DNA from: an uncultured Halieaceae bacterium | GTDB taxonomy: Bacteria > Pseudomonadota > Gammaproteobacteria > Pseudomonadales > Halieaceae | Assembly: GCA_913057135.1 (NCBI GenBank) | Contig: CAJXNM010000005.1 | Span: forward strand, 14,351-78,350 | Length of the DNA stretch: 64,000 nt | Direction of reading: 5' to 3' | Notes under the pieces: model-generated | Database searches by the model: none | What the model saw: only the letters and a program-made list of their open reading frames with translations | What the model was told of the DNA's origin: nothing | Part shown: one piece after another, positions 18,358-30,583 of the stretch | How the letters are laid out: every line of letters begins with the position of its first letter | Numbering within the stretch: position 1 is the first letter of the stretch | Translations under genes and position numbers: made by a program

Positions 18358-18780
18358 ATGTTGGATTCCCTCATCGACCCCATAATCGGCGGTGTGCTCA
18401 TTGGTATCGCGTCTATGGCACTACTGGCGACCCTTGGTCGTATTGCCGGTATATCGGGTATTTTTTGGGGACTGTTTGCGGGTCCGGACCGGGACTGGCG
18501 TGGCCTATTCCTGGTGGGTCTAGTGGCAGGTGGTGGTTTGCTGCACAGCCTTACAGGCAAACCGATACCGGATGCAGCAGAAGGTCCACTCTGGCTCGCG
18601 GCCCTAGCGGGACTACTGGTCGGCGTAGGCACCCGTATGGGTAGTGGTTGCACCAGTGGTCACGGCGTCTGCGGGATTGGACGGCTCTCCGTTCGCTCGC
18701 TCGCGGCTACCGCCACGTTTATGGCGGCGGGGGTGGTGACTGTTTTCGTCACACGACACGTAATCGGAGTTACCCCATGA
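18358..18780 (+). CDS. YeeE/YedE-family small membrane protein (sulfur-compound transport half-protein)
   Basis: Four hydrophobic helices with the motif GSGCTSGHGVCG, typical of the YeeE/YedE (DUF395) family. I chose the ATG at 18358. Confidence 0.7.
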   Translation: MLDSLIDPIIGGVLIGIASMALLATLGRIAGISGIFWGLFAGPDRDWRGLFLVGLVAGGGLLHSLTGKPIPDAAEGPLWLAALAGLLVGVGTRMGSGCTSGHGVCGIGRLSVRSLAATATFMAAGVVTVFVTRHVIGVTP

Positions 18781-19205
18781 AACAGTGGCCAGCACTCATC
18801 ACCGGCCTTTTATTCGGCGCTGGACTCGCCTTATCAGGTATGACCGACACCCGTAAAGTATTGGGCTTTCTTGATATTGCGGGTAACTGGGATCCCGACC
18901 TACTGTTCGTGATGGGTGGTGCGGTATTGGTGACCTTAGGTGCAACGCCCTTTATCCTGCGCTGGAGCAGCCCGTTGTTGGCGGCTGCGTTCTCCCTTCC
19001 GCTTGAGCGCACCATTGATCGCCGGCTTATCACCGGCGCCACACTATTCGGAATTGGCTGGGGTCTGTGGGGCTATTGCCCGGGACCCGCGCTAACCTCG
19101 ATAGCCTACGGCAGTGCTTCCACGTGGGTGTTTATCAGCTGCATGCTCGGAGGCATGTGGCTAGCGGGTAGGCTAAAGGTAACTGTCTCTCGACTGGACG
19201 ACTGA
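18777..19205 (+). CDS. YeeE/YedE-family small membrane protein, second half
   Basis: MKQWPALITGLLFGAGLALSGMT...GWGLWGYCPGPAL. The ATG at 18777 overlaps the upstream stop (ATGA), so the two genes form a coupled pair. Confidence 0.7.
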   Translation: MKQWPALITGLLFGAGLALSGMTDTRKVLGFLDIAGNWDPDLLFVMGGAVLVTLGATPFILRWSSPLLAAAFSLPLERTIDRRLITGATLFGIGWGLWGYCPGPALTSIAYGSASTWVFISCMLGGMWLAGRLKVTVSRLDD

Positions 19206-19207
19206 GG

Positions 19208-19636
19208 CTACCGGCGATTAATGTGATCGCGGGAATGCTCCATCAAAGCCCATAAAATGTTACTCGAGCTTACCTGCCCCACGAGCTTGCCGTCCTTGAT
19301 GACCGCATTGCGACGTTGATGGGTGTCGATCATACGCTGAGCCACCTCGACGATCGATTCCTCCGGTGAACAGGCATGTATCTCATTGGTCATGGCCTGG
19401 CCCACCGATACATTATCGGGGTTACCGTCGTTGTATACCGCATTGAGCACCGCTCGAATACAGTCCAGCTCCGTTATCTTGCCGCAGGGGGTATCGGTGT
19501 CATCGAGCACCGTGAGACCGGTGAGTTTGAATTCAACCAGCAGCTCAATTGCCTTCACCAAAGGGGCGTCACGGGTAATAGTGAGCGGATTGCGATGCAT
19601 ACAATCGCGGATACTCGTAGGGGTACTCATAGACAA
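19208..19636 (-). CDS. CBS-domain pair protein
   Basis: 142 aa with two CBS-like repeats (IRDCMHRNPLTITRDAPLVKAIELL...GLTVLD and QAMTNEIHACSPEESIVEVAQRM...AVIKDGKLVGQVSSSNIL). Confidence 0.7.
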   Translation of the reverse strand: MSMSTPTSIRDCMHRNPLTITRDAPLVKAIELLVEFKLTGLTVLDDTDTPCGKITELDCIRAVLNAVYNDGNPDNVSVGQAMTNEIHACSPEESIVEVAQRMIDTHQRRNAVIKDGKLVGQVSSSNILWALMEHSRDHINRR

Positions 19637-19659
19637 ACTCTCTTAGTCACGCAATGCCA

Positions 19660-20046
19660 CTAGTTAAGGTCTAGTGCGAATGTTTTCAACGTCTCTAATG
19701 GGATAATCTCAAGGGTTTTGATATTGGTGCGTCGTAGATACAGCTTGGGGGCATACCCCGCGTCGTGAGCCTGTAACCATCGGGCTGCACACAAACACCA
19801 ATGGTCACCTTCTTTAAGGCCCGGAAACGCCACCTCAGACCGAGGTGTAATAAGATCATTACCGGCCCACGCAGAAAATTCAAGAAACGACTGGGTCACT
19901 TGGGCACATACCGTATGGGTACCCACATCCATGGGTCCAGTATTACAGAAACCATCGCGGTAAAAGCCTGTTAGCGGCTTTCGACAACATAGCTCCAGGG
20001 GTTCACCTAAGACATTGAGCTGACGATTGGCTCCTCCCTCTCCCAT
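19660..20046 (-). CDS. DUF2237-family protein
   Basis: LGEPLELCCRKPLTGFYRDGFCNTGPMDVGTHTVCAQVTQSFLEFS...GDHWCLCAARW matches my recollection of the DUF2237 consensus. Confidence 0.65.
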   Translation of the reverse strand: MGEGGANRQLNVLGEPLELCCRKPLTGFYRDGFCNTGPMDVGTHTVCAQVTQSFLEFSAWAGNDLITPRSEVAFPGLKEGDHWCLCAARWLQAHDAGYAPKLYLRRTNIKTLEIIPLETLKTFALDLN

Positions 20047-20048
20047 GG

Positions 20049-21092
20049 CTAGTCTCCCTCAGGCCTTTCACGCTCGGATTGGCTGTTGTAGATGGCCACC
20101 ACCTTGTGGCCTGACGCATCAATACTGGCTCGGTACATGCCCTCACTGTTGAATACCATAGCGACGTTCCCCCGTGGGTCAAGGGCCACGACGCCCCCCT
20201 CGCCACCGGCGGGCAGGAGCTCCCCGATGATGACGTCCGTAGCCGCCTGCTCAATGGTCAAATTTTGGTAGGCAACCCGGGCACAGATATCGCTTGCCAC
20301 ATGCCACCGAATAAAAAATTCCCCATGACCGGTCGCCGATACCGCACAGCGTTTGTCATTGGCATAGGTACCGGCTCCAATAATGGGCGAATCGCCGATA
20401 CGTCCCCAACGCTTACCCGTCATGCCACCAGTGGATGTACCAGCTGCCAAATGTCCCTGGGCATCGAGCACGACGACACCCACGGTACCGAACTTAGCGG
20501 TGGGCTCTGGGCTTAGACCGGCGCTGTGACGAGCTTTATAACGCTCTAAATCCCGTTGACGACGCTCGGTGCTAAACCAGTCGTTATCGACCTGTTCCAA
20601 GCCCTGCTGGGCACCAAATTCATCGGCACCAACCCCCGACAACAACACATGGGGTGACGCTAACATCACAGCGCGCGCCGCTGCGATGGGGCTCTTCAAC
20701 CGTTTAACACCGGCAACGGCACCGGCTTCCAAGGTGGCGCCGTTCATAATGGAGGCATCCAGCTCGTGCTCACCGGTCCATGTCATTACCGCCCCGTGAC
20801 CGGCGTTAAATAGGGGCGAGGCTTCAAGCAACTGAATAACCTCGACGATGACATCAATGCCATCGACACCGGCCGCTAGGCGTTGATGTCCCAGATCCAC
20901 CGCTTGATTAAGGATGTTGCGATAGGCACGATCTTGCTCGGGGGTGAGTTCGCTACGTTTAATCGTGCCGGCACCGCCATGAATAGCAATCGCTACCGGG
21001 CTGTCGGACGCCGAAACGGATGGCACCATGAGTACTACCAGCAACGCAAAAAGCCCGGTGAAAGCAATACCGCGGGTCCCGTCAGCCATCAT
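20049..21092 (-). CDS. Isoaspartyl peptidase / L-asparaginase (Ntn hydrolase, IaaA-like), secreted
   Basis: Signal peptide, HGGAG, autoprocessing site GTVGVVVLD and [26 protein letters not shown]. Confidence 0.85.
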   Translation of the reverse strand: MMADGTRGIAFTGLFALLVVLMVPSVSASDSPVAIAIHGGAGTIKRSELTPEQDRAYRNILNQAVDLGHQRLAAGVDGIDVIVEVIQLLEASPLFNAGHGAVMTWTGEHELDASIMNGATLEAGAVAGVKRLKSPIAAARAVMLASPHVLLSGVGADEFGAQQGLEQVDNDWFSTERRQRDLERYKARHSAGLSPEPTAKFGTVGVVVLDAQGHLAAGTSTGGMTGKRWGRIGDSPIIGAGTYANDKRCAVSATGHGEFFIRWHVASDICARVAYQNLTIEQAATDVIIGELLPAGGEGGVVALDPRGNVAMVFNSEGMYRASIDASGHKVVAIYNSQSERERPEGD

Positions 21093-21520
21093 CGCTGTAC
21101 CACCACTTCACCGGCTGTCATAACAAAATCAACCGATTCCAATGCTGTTACATCCTCAAATGGGTCGTCCCGCACAGCGACGATGTCGGCGTAGTAGCCC
21201 GGGGCGATCTGCCCGAGCACGTCCTGTTGTCGCAATAGCTTGGCGGCGTTAACCGTGGCCGATTGTAGAGCTGCCATCACGGGATAGCCCGTCTCCACCA
21301 TGTAGCGGAATTCCTTTGCATTACTACCGTGGGGCCCGACGCCTGCATCGGTGCCAAACGCAATATTGACGCCATCGCTGATACGAATGGTTTGTTGCTC
21401 AAGCACTTTACCTTGGGCAACGTCCACCAACTTACCCGCATGAATCGCTATATCACCGGCCAGCGCATGGATGACCACCGAGGACCACAACAGGGCCAGC
21501 TGGGTAAGTTTACGAATCAT
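21089..21520 (-). pseudogene. Amidohydrolase-superfamily remnant with an in-frame internal deletion
   Basis: A signal peptide and the N-terminal beta-sandwich start ([27 protein letters not shown]) run directly into the C-terminal end of the fold ([20 protein letters not shown]...[18 protein letters not shown]...). The roughly 260-280-aa TIM-barrel core, including the HxH metal site, is missing. Confidence 0.6.
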
Positions 21521-21596
21521 CGCTAGTCCTCTTCTCACTCTCGCCAAGTCGTCGCCCTGTGTCTTCTCGTATATGCAATTAATGTCGCGCCCAGCG

Positions 21597-22187
21597 TCAC
21601 TCGGTGATCGTCACGGTAAATGCACCGCGTAAACTCGATAACGCAAAGCCTGTCGCCTGATCATTCGGATAGCGCTCTGCAATGGCTGCCGCCACCTCGG
21701 GTGCCAACACATCGCCGTGACATTGCAGACACAGGCCCCCCGTGAGGATGGGCTGCATATATCGCCACACGTGCTTACCATCGCCATTGTCTACCCGCTC
21801 AAGCGCTTTCAAGGTCCGTGGGGAGGCACCCGCATCAAGTGCCGTGCTAAAGCGCTCAAGCTGCATCTGCTCCCATTCATCGGGGGCGTTATCGGGATTG
21901 CGAACCCGTAACGCGGTGCGCGCGACAACAAGGCCCGCCTGTTCACTCGTGGTGTCGGTAATCCCAGGCGCTTCCAGATGGCAGGTATCGATTGCGGCCA
22001 AAGGCCCCCCGGCGCGCATACTGGCCTTGAGCCGACCAGCCAGGGCCTTAGCCAGTTGCTGAGTCGCCTGCTGAGCTCGCTGTTCAGCACGCGAGGCTTC
22101 GTCATTGTGGTCTGTGGCTGCCTGCGCTGCCATCGACAAGGCGCCCGCCACAAGCGACAGTAGCACAACATGACATATCCCTTTCAT
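21597..22187 (-). CDS. Periplasmic c-type haem protein (DUF3365-like)
   Basis: Signal peptide [23 protein letters not shown] and a single CLQCH haem-binding motif. An AAGGAG Shine-Dalgarno precedes the ATG at 22187. Confidence 0.6.
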   Translation of the reverse strand: MKGICHVVLLSLVAGALSMAAQAATDHNDEASRAEQRAQQATQQLAKALAGRLKASMRAGGPLAAIDTCHLEAPGITDTTSEQAGLVVARTALRVRNPDNAPDEWEQMQLERFSTALDAGASPRTLKALERVDNGDGKHVWRYMQPILTGGLCLQCHGDVLAPEVAAAIAERYPNDQATGFALSSLRGAFTVTITE

Positions 22188-22337
22188 CGATAACTCCTTT
22201 AATAAGGTGACACAGCGGACGCTGCGGGGTTCTAAATACGGGACGTGGTGTGTATACCACGAACAGATTGGCAATGAAGCACGACGGTAATGGCAAAGCA
22301 CGCAAACGGCAAGCCAACCGACACGGTATCGATAACG

Positions 22338-24053
22338 CTACTGGCTGGGACACACCGCCGGCAGCTCAGTGGGCGCCAAAAACCAACGACACACCGGTAG
22401 ATCAGCCAATGGACCGTGGGACCATTCAACCTGTGCAGCCCGCCGATGAGCAGGTGGCGCACCCGCCGCCAGAACTGTCTGGGCAGTGGCCAGTAAGGCC
22501 TCGGGCTCGAAGGATGTTGGTGCCGTGTGTTCTTGTTTTGCCTCTTGCAGGTAATCCATCAATTTGTTGATCGAGGGCAAATCGGCCGACATCGCATCGC
22601 GAAAACACCAAACCCCCGTTTTTGGGTCAAGGCGATAACTGGGCAACAGCCGCCAGCCATCCCTCGCCACCAGAGTGACCGCCTGAACGATGTAGTCAAC
22701 CTCGGCATCGGTCATCAACCAGTGCAAGTTGAAACGCACCCAACCGGGACGCAGACACCCCCAACCTTGCTGAACCAAATCGGACAGCTGCTGCGACTGA
22801 GCAGCGTCGAGTTCCAATAAATGGTGGCCGTAGGGGCCCGCGCAGGAACACCCGCCACGTACTTGTATCCCGAATAGATCATTGAGCAGCGCTGCCACGA
22901 ATCCGTAGTGCAACACCTTGGGCCCCTGTTCGGGGCTAAACACATTAGCCGGCGCTGTCACAGTAATGGCAAAAATTGGCAGCGATGAAGAGGTGCGGGT
23001 GCCGAGGACGGACAAGCCGGGAATGGTGTCGAAAGCCGCCAAAGCACGGGTTTGCATCCCATGTTCAATGCGTTGAATGACTGTATGGCTCACCGCTTCC
23101 TTAATGGCAAACGCCAGTCCTGCGCGAATGGCGCCAAGAATATCGGGGGTGCCACCCTCCTCCCGCGCTTGGATATCACTACGCCAAATATGGCTTGATG
23201 GGGTCACATAGGTAACCGTACCGCCACCGATAATAACCGGCCTCGCTGCGCGAAACAGAGATTTGTGCGCCACTAACACGCCCGCAGCACCCGGCCCACC
23301 GGCAAATTTGTGGGGCGATAAAAAGATCGCGTCGATGCCGTCATCGGTCATGGTAATGGGCAGATAAGGTCCGCCCGCGGCGTAGTCCCAAAAGGATAGT
23401 GCTCCATGCTGCTTCAAGAGACGACTGATGGCTGTCACATCGGACACAAGACCCGTTACATTCGATGCCGCAGAGAAAGAGCCAATCCGCAATGGCCTTG
23501 CCCTGTACTCATCTAACGCGGCTGCAAGCGCCTTGCGGTCAATGTGACCTGCGGTATCAAAACCGATGGTCACCACATCGACATCCGCCTCTCGCCATGG
23601 CAACTCGTTAGCATGGTGCTCGTAAGGTCCGATGAATACCACGGGTCGCTCATCGCTAGGGCTCGCGCCTGCTGCATCCGCCCTATCGAGCAGCCCCATT
23701 GCTCGCGCCAATAGATTGATGGCAGCGGTCGCGCCAGCGCCCGCAAAGATCACGCAATGATCCTCTGACGCGCCCACAGAGCGAGCAATAGTGCTGCGCG
23801 CCGACTCTCGCAGAGCCGTTGTATGACGCCCAGAAAAGGAGGACTCCGAATGGGTATTGGCGTAATAGGGTAACACCGCAGCGGACAGGAGGTTGTCGAC
23901 CCCCAGCAAACTTCTGCCCGAAGCGGTGTCATCGGCATAGACCAAAGGCCGCGGTCCCCACGGTGTGGAAACCGTCCCATAGCGGCCATATTGCTGATCT
24001 TGTAAAAGAGACAGTAACGCACTGCCATCGAGGCCCGTTTCAATCGCGGTCAT
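22338..24053 (-). CDS. Class-V aminotransferase-fold PLP enzyme (cysteine desulfurase / selenocysteine lyase-like)
   Basis: VIFAGAGATAAINL, SPHKFAGGPGAAGVLV (PLP lysine) and RGGCSCAGPYGHHLL. It carries a C-terminal extension of about 100 aa. Confidence 0.75.
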   Translation of the reverse strand: MTAIETGLDGSALLSLLQDQQYGRYGTVSTPWGPRPLVYADDTASGRSLLGVDNLLSAAVLPYYANTHSESSFSGRHTTALRESARSTIARSVGASEDHCVIFAGAGATAAINLLARAMGLLDRADAAGASPSDERPVVFIGPYEHHANELPWREADVDVVTIGFDTAGHIDRKALAAALDEYRARPLRIGSFSAASNVTGLVSDVTAISRLLKQHGALSFWDYAAGGPYLPITMTDDGIDAIFLSPHKFAGGPGAAGVLVAHKSLFRAARPVIIGGGTVTYVTPSSHIWRSDIQAREEGGTPDILGAIRAGLAFAIKEAVSHTVIQRIEHGMQTRALAAFDTIPGLSVLGTRTSSSLPIFAITVTAPANVFSPEQGPKVLHYGFVAALLNDLFGIQVRGGCSCAGPYGHHLLELDAAQSQQLSDLVQQGWGCLRPGWVRFNLHWLMTDAEVDYIVQAVTLVARDGWRLLPSYRLDPKTGVWCFRDAMSADLPSINKLMDYLQEAKQEHTAPTSFEPEALLATAQTVLAAGAPPAHRRAAQVEWSHGPLADLPVCRWFLAPTELPAVCPSQ

Positions 24054-24319
24054 ACACAAACATCTCCAGACGGTATCTAGCTCACGCCGAACTTCACCTC
24101 AGCACTCACAATGGCGGCTAGCGCCCAGCTTGGTAGCGCCCACATACGGACGTGATTGGCGTGCAACAAAAACACCAGTGTAAAGATCATCCAGAGGGAT
24201 TAACGCGCAAAATATGTAGTTACTAGCGACGATTACGCAACAAACGTGTTTATAATTACCAAAATTATCACATAGTGTGCATCAATGGGGCGTTTGGCGA
24301 TAATGAGTCACAGGGGAAC

Positions 24320-24793
24320 ATGATCATGACGGAAAGTTTTCTCGATCGTACCGATCGTCGCTTGCTGCGCGCGCTGCAAAGGGACTGCAATCAACCCCTC
24401 GTGGAGCTTGCCGATCAGCTAAGTCTCTCGCGATCAGCCTGCAGCCGTCGGGTACAACGGCTCCAGGAGACAGGCTTCATTCGCGCTCAGGTGGCGCTGC
24501 TTGATGCTAAGCGCCTTGGACTACCGCTGACCGTATTCATTGCAATCAAGACTAATCAACACAACGAGAGGTGGTCAAAGCAATTCCAAGCCGTCGTAGA
24601 GGGGTTACCGGGTATTCTTGAGGCCCATCGGATGGGTGGAGAAGTTGACTATCTGTTGAAAGCCATCGTTGCCGATATGGCGGGCTACGACGCTCTCTAT
24701 CAACAATTGATCGCAGCGGATTTGTTTGATGTCAGCGCCAGCTTTGTCATGGAAACCCTGAAGGAAACCACGGCACTGCCGTTAACTGGTTAG
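24320..24793 (+). CDS. Lrp/AsnC-family transcriptional regulator
   Basis: LDRTDRRLLRALQRDCNQPLVELADQLSLSRSACSRRVQRLQETGFI forms the HTH, followed by an RAM/AsnC_trans_reg domain. The gene is divergent from the aminotransferase gene. Confidence 0.85.
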   Translation: MIMTESFLDRTDRRLLRALQRDCNQPLVELADQLSLSRSACSRRVQRLQETGFIRAQVALLDAKRLGLPLTVFIAIKTNQHNERWSKQFQAVVEGLPGILEAHRMGGEVDYLLKAIVADMAGYDALYQQLIAADLFDVSASFVMETLKETTALPLTG

Positions 24794-24820
24794 AAAAAAA
24801 CCGCCCTAAGGCGGTTTTTA
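24794..24820. terminator. Bidirectional rho-independent terminator
   Basis: The sequence is aaaaaaa-CCGCC-ctaa-GGCGG-ttttt. The A-run and T-run flank the stem, so it can terminate both lrp (+) and tRNA-Pro (-). Confidence 0.7.
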
Positions 24821-24882
24821 AATACCCAAGACGCTTTGCTTGTGTGTTGTCAGCGACGTGACAAGAAAGAACCATCGAAAAA

Positions 24883-24959
24883 TGGTCGGGCTAGCAGGAT
24901 TTGAACCTACGACCCCTTCACCCCCAGTGAAGTGCGCTACCAGACTGCGCTATAGCCCG
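24883..24959 (-). tRNA. tRNA-Pro (anticodon GGG)
   Basis: The reverse complement folds as a cloverleaf. The acceptor stem CGGGCTA/TAGCCCG pairs perfectly, the anticodon arm is CTTCA-CTGGGGG-TGAAG (GGG, with G37), the T-loop is GGTTCAAATCC, and a 3' CCA is encoded. Confidence 0.9.
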
Positions 24960-24970
24960 AAAGGTCGCGG

Positions 24971-24999
24971 ATTATACACAGTATGCTGCGAGCTGAGAA
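24971..24999 (-). promoter_or_regulatory. Putative sigma70 promoter for tRNA-Pro
   Basis: On the minus strand: TTCTCA, 17 nt, TATAAT, then a GC-rich discriminator (ccgcgacc) 11 nt before the mature tRNA 5' end. Confidence 0.5.
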
Positions 25000-25046
25000 A
25001 CAGTTTTCTCTGAAAACCTCAATCTGCCGCTGCAGACCTACTGAGT

Positions 25047-25415
25047 TTAGTCGCCGTCCCCGATACTCAATAGTGCCTTTGCCTCGGACAGCTCGGTAAT
25101 ACAGTCACGCAGCACCTGCTGCAATTCCACCGGGGTGGGCGTCTCGTCATCACTGCTCATACGCTGGCGCGCACCACCAATGGTGTACCCCTGGTCGTAT
25201 AACAAACTGCGGATAGTTCGAATCGTTTCTACGTCCTGACGTTGATAGTAGCGCCGGTTCCCACGACGCTTAACCGGTTTCAGCTGAGGAAATTCCTGCT
25301 CCCAATACCGAAGGACGTGGGGTTTTAGCGCGCATAACTCGCTGACCTCACCGATCGTGAAATAGCGCTTCCCCGGAATAGGTGGCAACTCGTTGTTATG
25401 GGTCGGCTCAAGCAT
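25047..25415 (-). CDS. MerR-family transcriptional regulator
   Basis: [45 protein letters not shown] is a MerR HTH. The gene sits downstream of ihfA, as in many gammaproteobacteria. Confidence 0.85.
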   Translation of the reverse strand: MLEPTHNNELPPIPGKRYFTIGEVSELCALKPHVLRYWEQEFPQLKPVKRRGNRRYYQRQDVETIRTIRSLLYDQGYTIGGARQRMSSDDETPTPVELQQVLRDCITELSEAKALLSIGDGD

Positions 25416-25719
25416 CGCTGTTCATCCAACCCGAAAACTGTTCGACCCGCTCTTTGAGCTTTTGGCCGGGCCGGAATGTCACCACGCGACGAGCGGAAAT
25501 GGGAATCTCTTCACCGGTCTTTGGATTGCGACCCGGACGCTGCGCCTTGTCCCGCAAATCAAAGTTGCCGAAGCCCGATAATTTCACTTGTTCGTTGTTC
25601 TCAAGACAAATACGAATTTCTTCAAAGAACTGCTCTACCAGCTCCTTGGCTTCACGCTTGTTTAAGCCAAGTTCATCGTAGAGTTTGTCTGCCATTTCAG
25701 ATTTGGTCAGGGCCGCCAT
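25408..25719 (-). CDS. ihfA: Integration host factor subunit alpha
   Basis: [35 protein letters not shown]...[41 protein letters not shown]. Confidence 0.95.
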   Translation of the reverse strand: MAALTKSEMADKLYDELGLNKREAKELVEQFFEEIRICLENNEQVKLSGFGNFDLRDKAQRPGRNPKTGEEIPISARRVVTFRPGQKLKERVEQFSGWMNSDA

Positions 25720-25729
25720 GGAAAAATAT

Positions 25730-28099
25730 TCAACTCCTGAGCTCTGCACCGAGCTTTTCTTCTAGGGAATCAATGACTTGCGCCATCACAGAGGAAATCT
25801 CCGAATCATCAAGAGTGCGCGAGGGATCGCGGAAAGTCAAACCCAGCGCAAGACTTTTCTTGCCCTCGGGAATACCTTGGCCCGCGTAAACATCGAACAC
25901 CGTTAGATTTTTCAGCCACTCCCCGGCATTCCCTCGAATGGTGGATAACACCGTACTGGCCGGTGTGTCCTCGGCGAGCAGCAACGCAATGTCCCTGCGA
26001 GTTTCAGGAAAACGCGAGATATCGTCGTAGGCTGGCAACGTCGCGCTGATCACCGCCGATTGCACAAGCTCGGCGACGTAGGTGTTCTTGGGTAGATCCA
26101 GCTGCTTAGCAGCTACAGGGTGAATAGCGCCCATCACACCAACGACACAACCATCAAGAAGGATTTCCGCGGTCTGACCGTCATGGAGTCCCGCTCGGGT
26201 AGCTGGACGGAATTCCAGCTCGGCGCCAACGCCGAGCATTAACTGCTCAACCTCGCCCTTCATATCGAAGAAGTCCACGACAGTCCCATCGCCCGTCCAA
26301 TTTTCCGCGTCACGGGTACCGGTCATGGCCAAAGCCATCATGGGCTCTTGGGTAGTGGATTCGCCGGGCAAAAAGCGCATACCGGTCTCGAACACCCGCA
26401 CACGCGGCATTTGACGCTTGAGGTTATGGCTTATCACGTTCAGCAAGCCCGGTATCAGGCTCGTGCGCATGACCGCCAACTCGGCGGAGATGGGGTTACG
26501 CAGAGCAACAGGGGCAATGTCCGGGTCAAATAGAGCTTGCTGTTTAGGCGCCACGAAGCTAAAGGTGATGGCCTCATAAAAGCCTCTAGCCACCAACTGA
26601 CGGCGCAATGATGTCAGTGAGCGTACATCCTCAGACTGCTCGGGTAACACCAATGGCGCCAGAACCGTACTTGCGGGCAGTTGGTTGTAGCCCCACACAC
26701 GGGCAAGCTCTTCGATTAAATCCACCTCTTGCGCCATGTCAAAGCGCCAGCTGGGGGCTATACAGCGCCACCGGTTTTCGGCCTCAGCATCGACCTTAAA
26801 ACCTAAGCCGGTCAGGATGCGCTCAACAACCGAAGCCTCTAGCCCAAGACCCAGTACACGCTCAATACGCTCGGCCCGTAACACCAACGACACGGGCTTG
26901 GGGAGATGTTGCTCCACAACCGTCTCGACCAGCGGTCCGGGCTCGCCTCCCACAATATCCAATAACAGCTGCGTAGCCCGCTCTGCAGCACGACGCTGCA
27001 GCTGCCAGTCGACACCCCGCTCGTAGCGGTGTGAAGCGTCTGTGTGCAGACCATAGCGGCGGGCGCGACCGGCAATCGGTGTCGGGGTGAAGAAGGCGCT
27101 CTCGAGGAACACATTTTGGGTGTTGGCACTGACACCGCTCATATCGCCACCCATAATGCCCGCCAAGGCAAGGGGACGCTTATGATCGGCGATGAGCAAG
27201 CTACCGGGCGTGAGGCTTTGTTCAGAGCCATCGAGTAGTGTGATGGTCTCATCAGCGACCGACTCACGCACGACAATGCCGCCCACCAGAGTATCGAGAT
27301 CAAAGGCATGCAGTGGCTGCCCCAATTCCAACATAACGTAATTGGTGACATCGACTACTGGGTCAATCGATCGCAACCCCGCTCGTCGCAAGCGCTCGGT
27401 CATCCAAAGTGGCGTTGGTTGCGAGAGATCCACACCTTTAATCACGCGACCCAAGTAGCGGGGACAGTGATTTGGCGCCTCAATAGAGACTGGAAAGCAG
27501 TCGTCGATGGTGGCTGTCACTATCGATTCAGGCTGCTCGTTAAGTGGCATATCGTTTAGCACAGCCAGATCCCGCGCAATACCATGCACACTTAAACAGT
27601 CGGCACGATTGGGCGTGAGACCTATTTCAAGGGCAGTGTCGTCCAAGCCCAAATAGTCCTGCAAATCGGTGCCCACAGGTGCATCCGCCGGCAACTCCAT
27701 CAGGCCAGCATTTTCATCGGAGATGCCAAGCTCGGCTTGAGCACACAACATGCCCTGGGACTCCACACCTCGGAGCTTTGCTTTTTTAATCTTAAAGTCA
27801 CCGAGCAGCACAGCGCCAATTTGCGCCAAAGGTGCTTTCAAGCCCACCCGCGCATTGGGCGCCCCGCAGACGATTTGCACCACATCACCGCCAGTGGCCA
27901 CTTTGCACACCTGCAATTTATCCGCATCGGGGTGCTGCTCAGCCTCGATGATTTCGGCGACGATGACACCACTAAATGCACCGGCAACTGGCTCCACGGC
28001 GTCAACCTCTAAGCCGGCCATGGTCAATTGATGGGCTAACTGCTGGGTATCCAGAGGCGGATTCACCCACGTTCGCAACCACTGCTCTGAAATAATCAT
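25730..28099 (-). CDS. pheT: Phenylalanine--tRNA ligase beta subunit
   Basis: 789 aa. It has the tRNA-binding, B3/4, B5 and FDX-ACB domains ([14 protein letters not shown]...). Confidence 0.95.
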   Translation of the reverse strand: MIISEQWLRTWVNPPLDTQQLAHQLTMAGLEVDAVEPVAGAFSGVIVAEIIEAEQHPDADKLQVCKVATGGDVVQIVCGAPNARVGLKAPLAQIGAVLLGDFKIKKAKLRGVESQGMLCAQAELGISDENAGLMELPADAPVGTDLQDYLGLDDTALEIGLTPNRADCLSVHGIARDLAVLNDMPLNEQPESIVTATIDDCFPVSIEAPNHCPRYLGRVIKGVDLSQPTPLWMTERLRRAGLRSIDPVVDVTNYVMLELGQPLHAFDLDTLVGGIVVRESVADETITLLDGSEQSLTPGSLLIADHKRPLALAGIMGGDMSGVSANTQNVFLESAFFTPTPIAGRARRYGLHTDASHRYERGVDWQLQRRAAERATQLLLDIVGGEPGPLVETVVEQHLPKPVSLVLRAERIERVLGLGLEASVVERILTGLGFKVDAEAENRWRCIAPSWRFDMAQEVDLIEELARVWGYNQLPASTVLAPLVLPEQSEDVRSLTSLRRQLVARGFYEAITFSFVAPKQQALFDPDIAPVALRNPISAELAVMRTSLIPGLLNVISHNLKRQMPRVRVFETGMRFLPGESTTQEPMMALAMTGTRDAENWTGDGTVVDFFDMKGEVEQLMLGVGAELEFRPATRAGLHDGQTAEILLDGCVVGVMGAIHPVAAKQLDLPKNTYVAELVQSAVISATLPAYDDISRFPETRRDIALLLAEDTPASTVLSTIRGNAGEWLKNLTVFDVYAGQGIPEGKKSLALGLTFRDPSRTLDDSEISSVMAQVIDSLEEKLGAELRS

Positions 28100-28109
28100 G
28101 GTCAGCTCC

Positions 28110-29586
<1,477 letters not shown>

Positions 29587-29616
29587 GCTATTTCTCCTTT
29601 AACCCGATGACGTTAA

Positions 29617-29811
29617 TTACTTGGCGCGCAACATACGATCAATCAACACTTTGTCCGCTTGATCGATCATTGAGGTACCACGCAACTGACGCTTACGCTT
29701 GGTCGTCATCTTCGTGAGAATGTGGCTCTTGTAGGCACTTTTTCGCTTATAACCACCAGCGGTTTTCTTAAACCGCTTGGCTGCACCGCTGTGAATTTTT
29801 GCTTTTGGCAT
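29617..29811 (-). CDS. rpmI: 50S ribosomal protein L35
   Basis: [45 protein letters not shown]... Confidence 0.97.
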   Translation of the reverse strand: MPKAKIHSGAAKRFKKTAGGYKRKSAYKSHILTKMTTKRKRQLRGTSMIDQADKVLIDRMLRAK

Positions 29812-29889
29812 CGTAAAGACTCCGCATTGGGCCCCGGGGATTATCCACGAGGCGTTTCATCATTCGGGTGTTAGGGCATTCACGGGCCA

Positions 29890-30417
29890 CTAACCCCGTT
29901 TCTTGGGTGCGATAACCATGGTGAGCTGTCGACCTTCCATTTTTGGAAATTGCTCGACAGCACCCAATTCGCTCAGATCGGCTTCCACTCGTTTGAGTAA
30001 TTCCATGCCGATTTCCTGATGAGCCATTTCACGTCCCCGATACCGGAGAGTGACTTTGGCCTTATCGCCGTTTTCAAGGAAACGAATCAGGTTGCGCAGT
30101 TTTACCTGATAGTCACCTTCGTCCGTCCCTGGACGAAATTTCATTTCTTTTACTTGGATTCGTTTGGCTTTTTTTCGCTGGGCCGCTTTCTGCTTCTTGG
30201 CCTCGAAAATATGCTTGCCGTAATCCATGATCTTGCACACTGGAGGATCGGAATCCGCCATCTGCACCAGATCCATACCCGCGGCCTCTGCAGCCGCTTG
30301 GGCCTCAGCATTACTGACGATGCCAACCTGCTCGCCATCGGCACCGATGAGGCGGACGTTTGCCGCCGTAATTTGATCGTTAGTCAGAGCTTTCTTGCTC
30401 TTGGTCTCGCTCTTGAT
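29890..30417 (-). CDS. infC: Translation initiation factor IF-3, probable non-AUG (AUC) start
   Basis: The ORF track starts at an internal Met (30276), but the conserved N-domain ([20 protein letters not shown]) continues in frame upstream until a TAG. The only plausible start behind the AGGAG Shine-Dalgarno is the ATC at 30417, with 9-nt spacing. Confidence 0.8.
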   Translation of the reverse strand: MKSETKSKKALTNDQITAANVRLIGADGEQVGIVSNAEAQAAAEAAGMDLVQMADSDPPVCKIMDYGKHIFEAKKQKAAQRKKAKRIQVKEMKFRPGTDEGDYQVKLRNLIRFLENGDKAKVTLRYRGREMAHQEIGMELLKRVEADLSELGAVEQFPKMEGRQLTMVIAPKKRG

Positions 30418-30554
30418 GCTGACACTCTCCTACTCATTACACCCCACCCGCTACCGCAGGCGCGCTCAGCGCTTGGGTGCATGGGGCCATTCAGGGCTTC
30501 GGGCCGGTGCTTCGCTCACACACAGCCACAGAGGCCACTCCGTTAAGAGCGCGG

Positions 30555-30583
30555 ATACTACCGCCATCACCGACAATGCTCAA
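30555..30583 (-). promoter_or_regulatory. Possible sigma70 promoter in the thrS-infC spacer
   Basis: On the minus strand: TTGAGC, 17 nt, TAGTAT. It lies about 135 nt upstream of the infC start. This is a motif match only. Confidence 0.25.

Noticed and set aside
24794-25046. tRNA-Pro and tRNA-Asn (37677-37752) as possible genomic-island integration sites.
   Set aside because: No integrase, no direct repeat of a tRNA 3' end and no obvious compositional shift flank either tRNA. The neighbouring genes are ordinary chromosomal ones.
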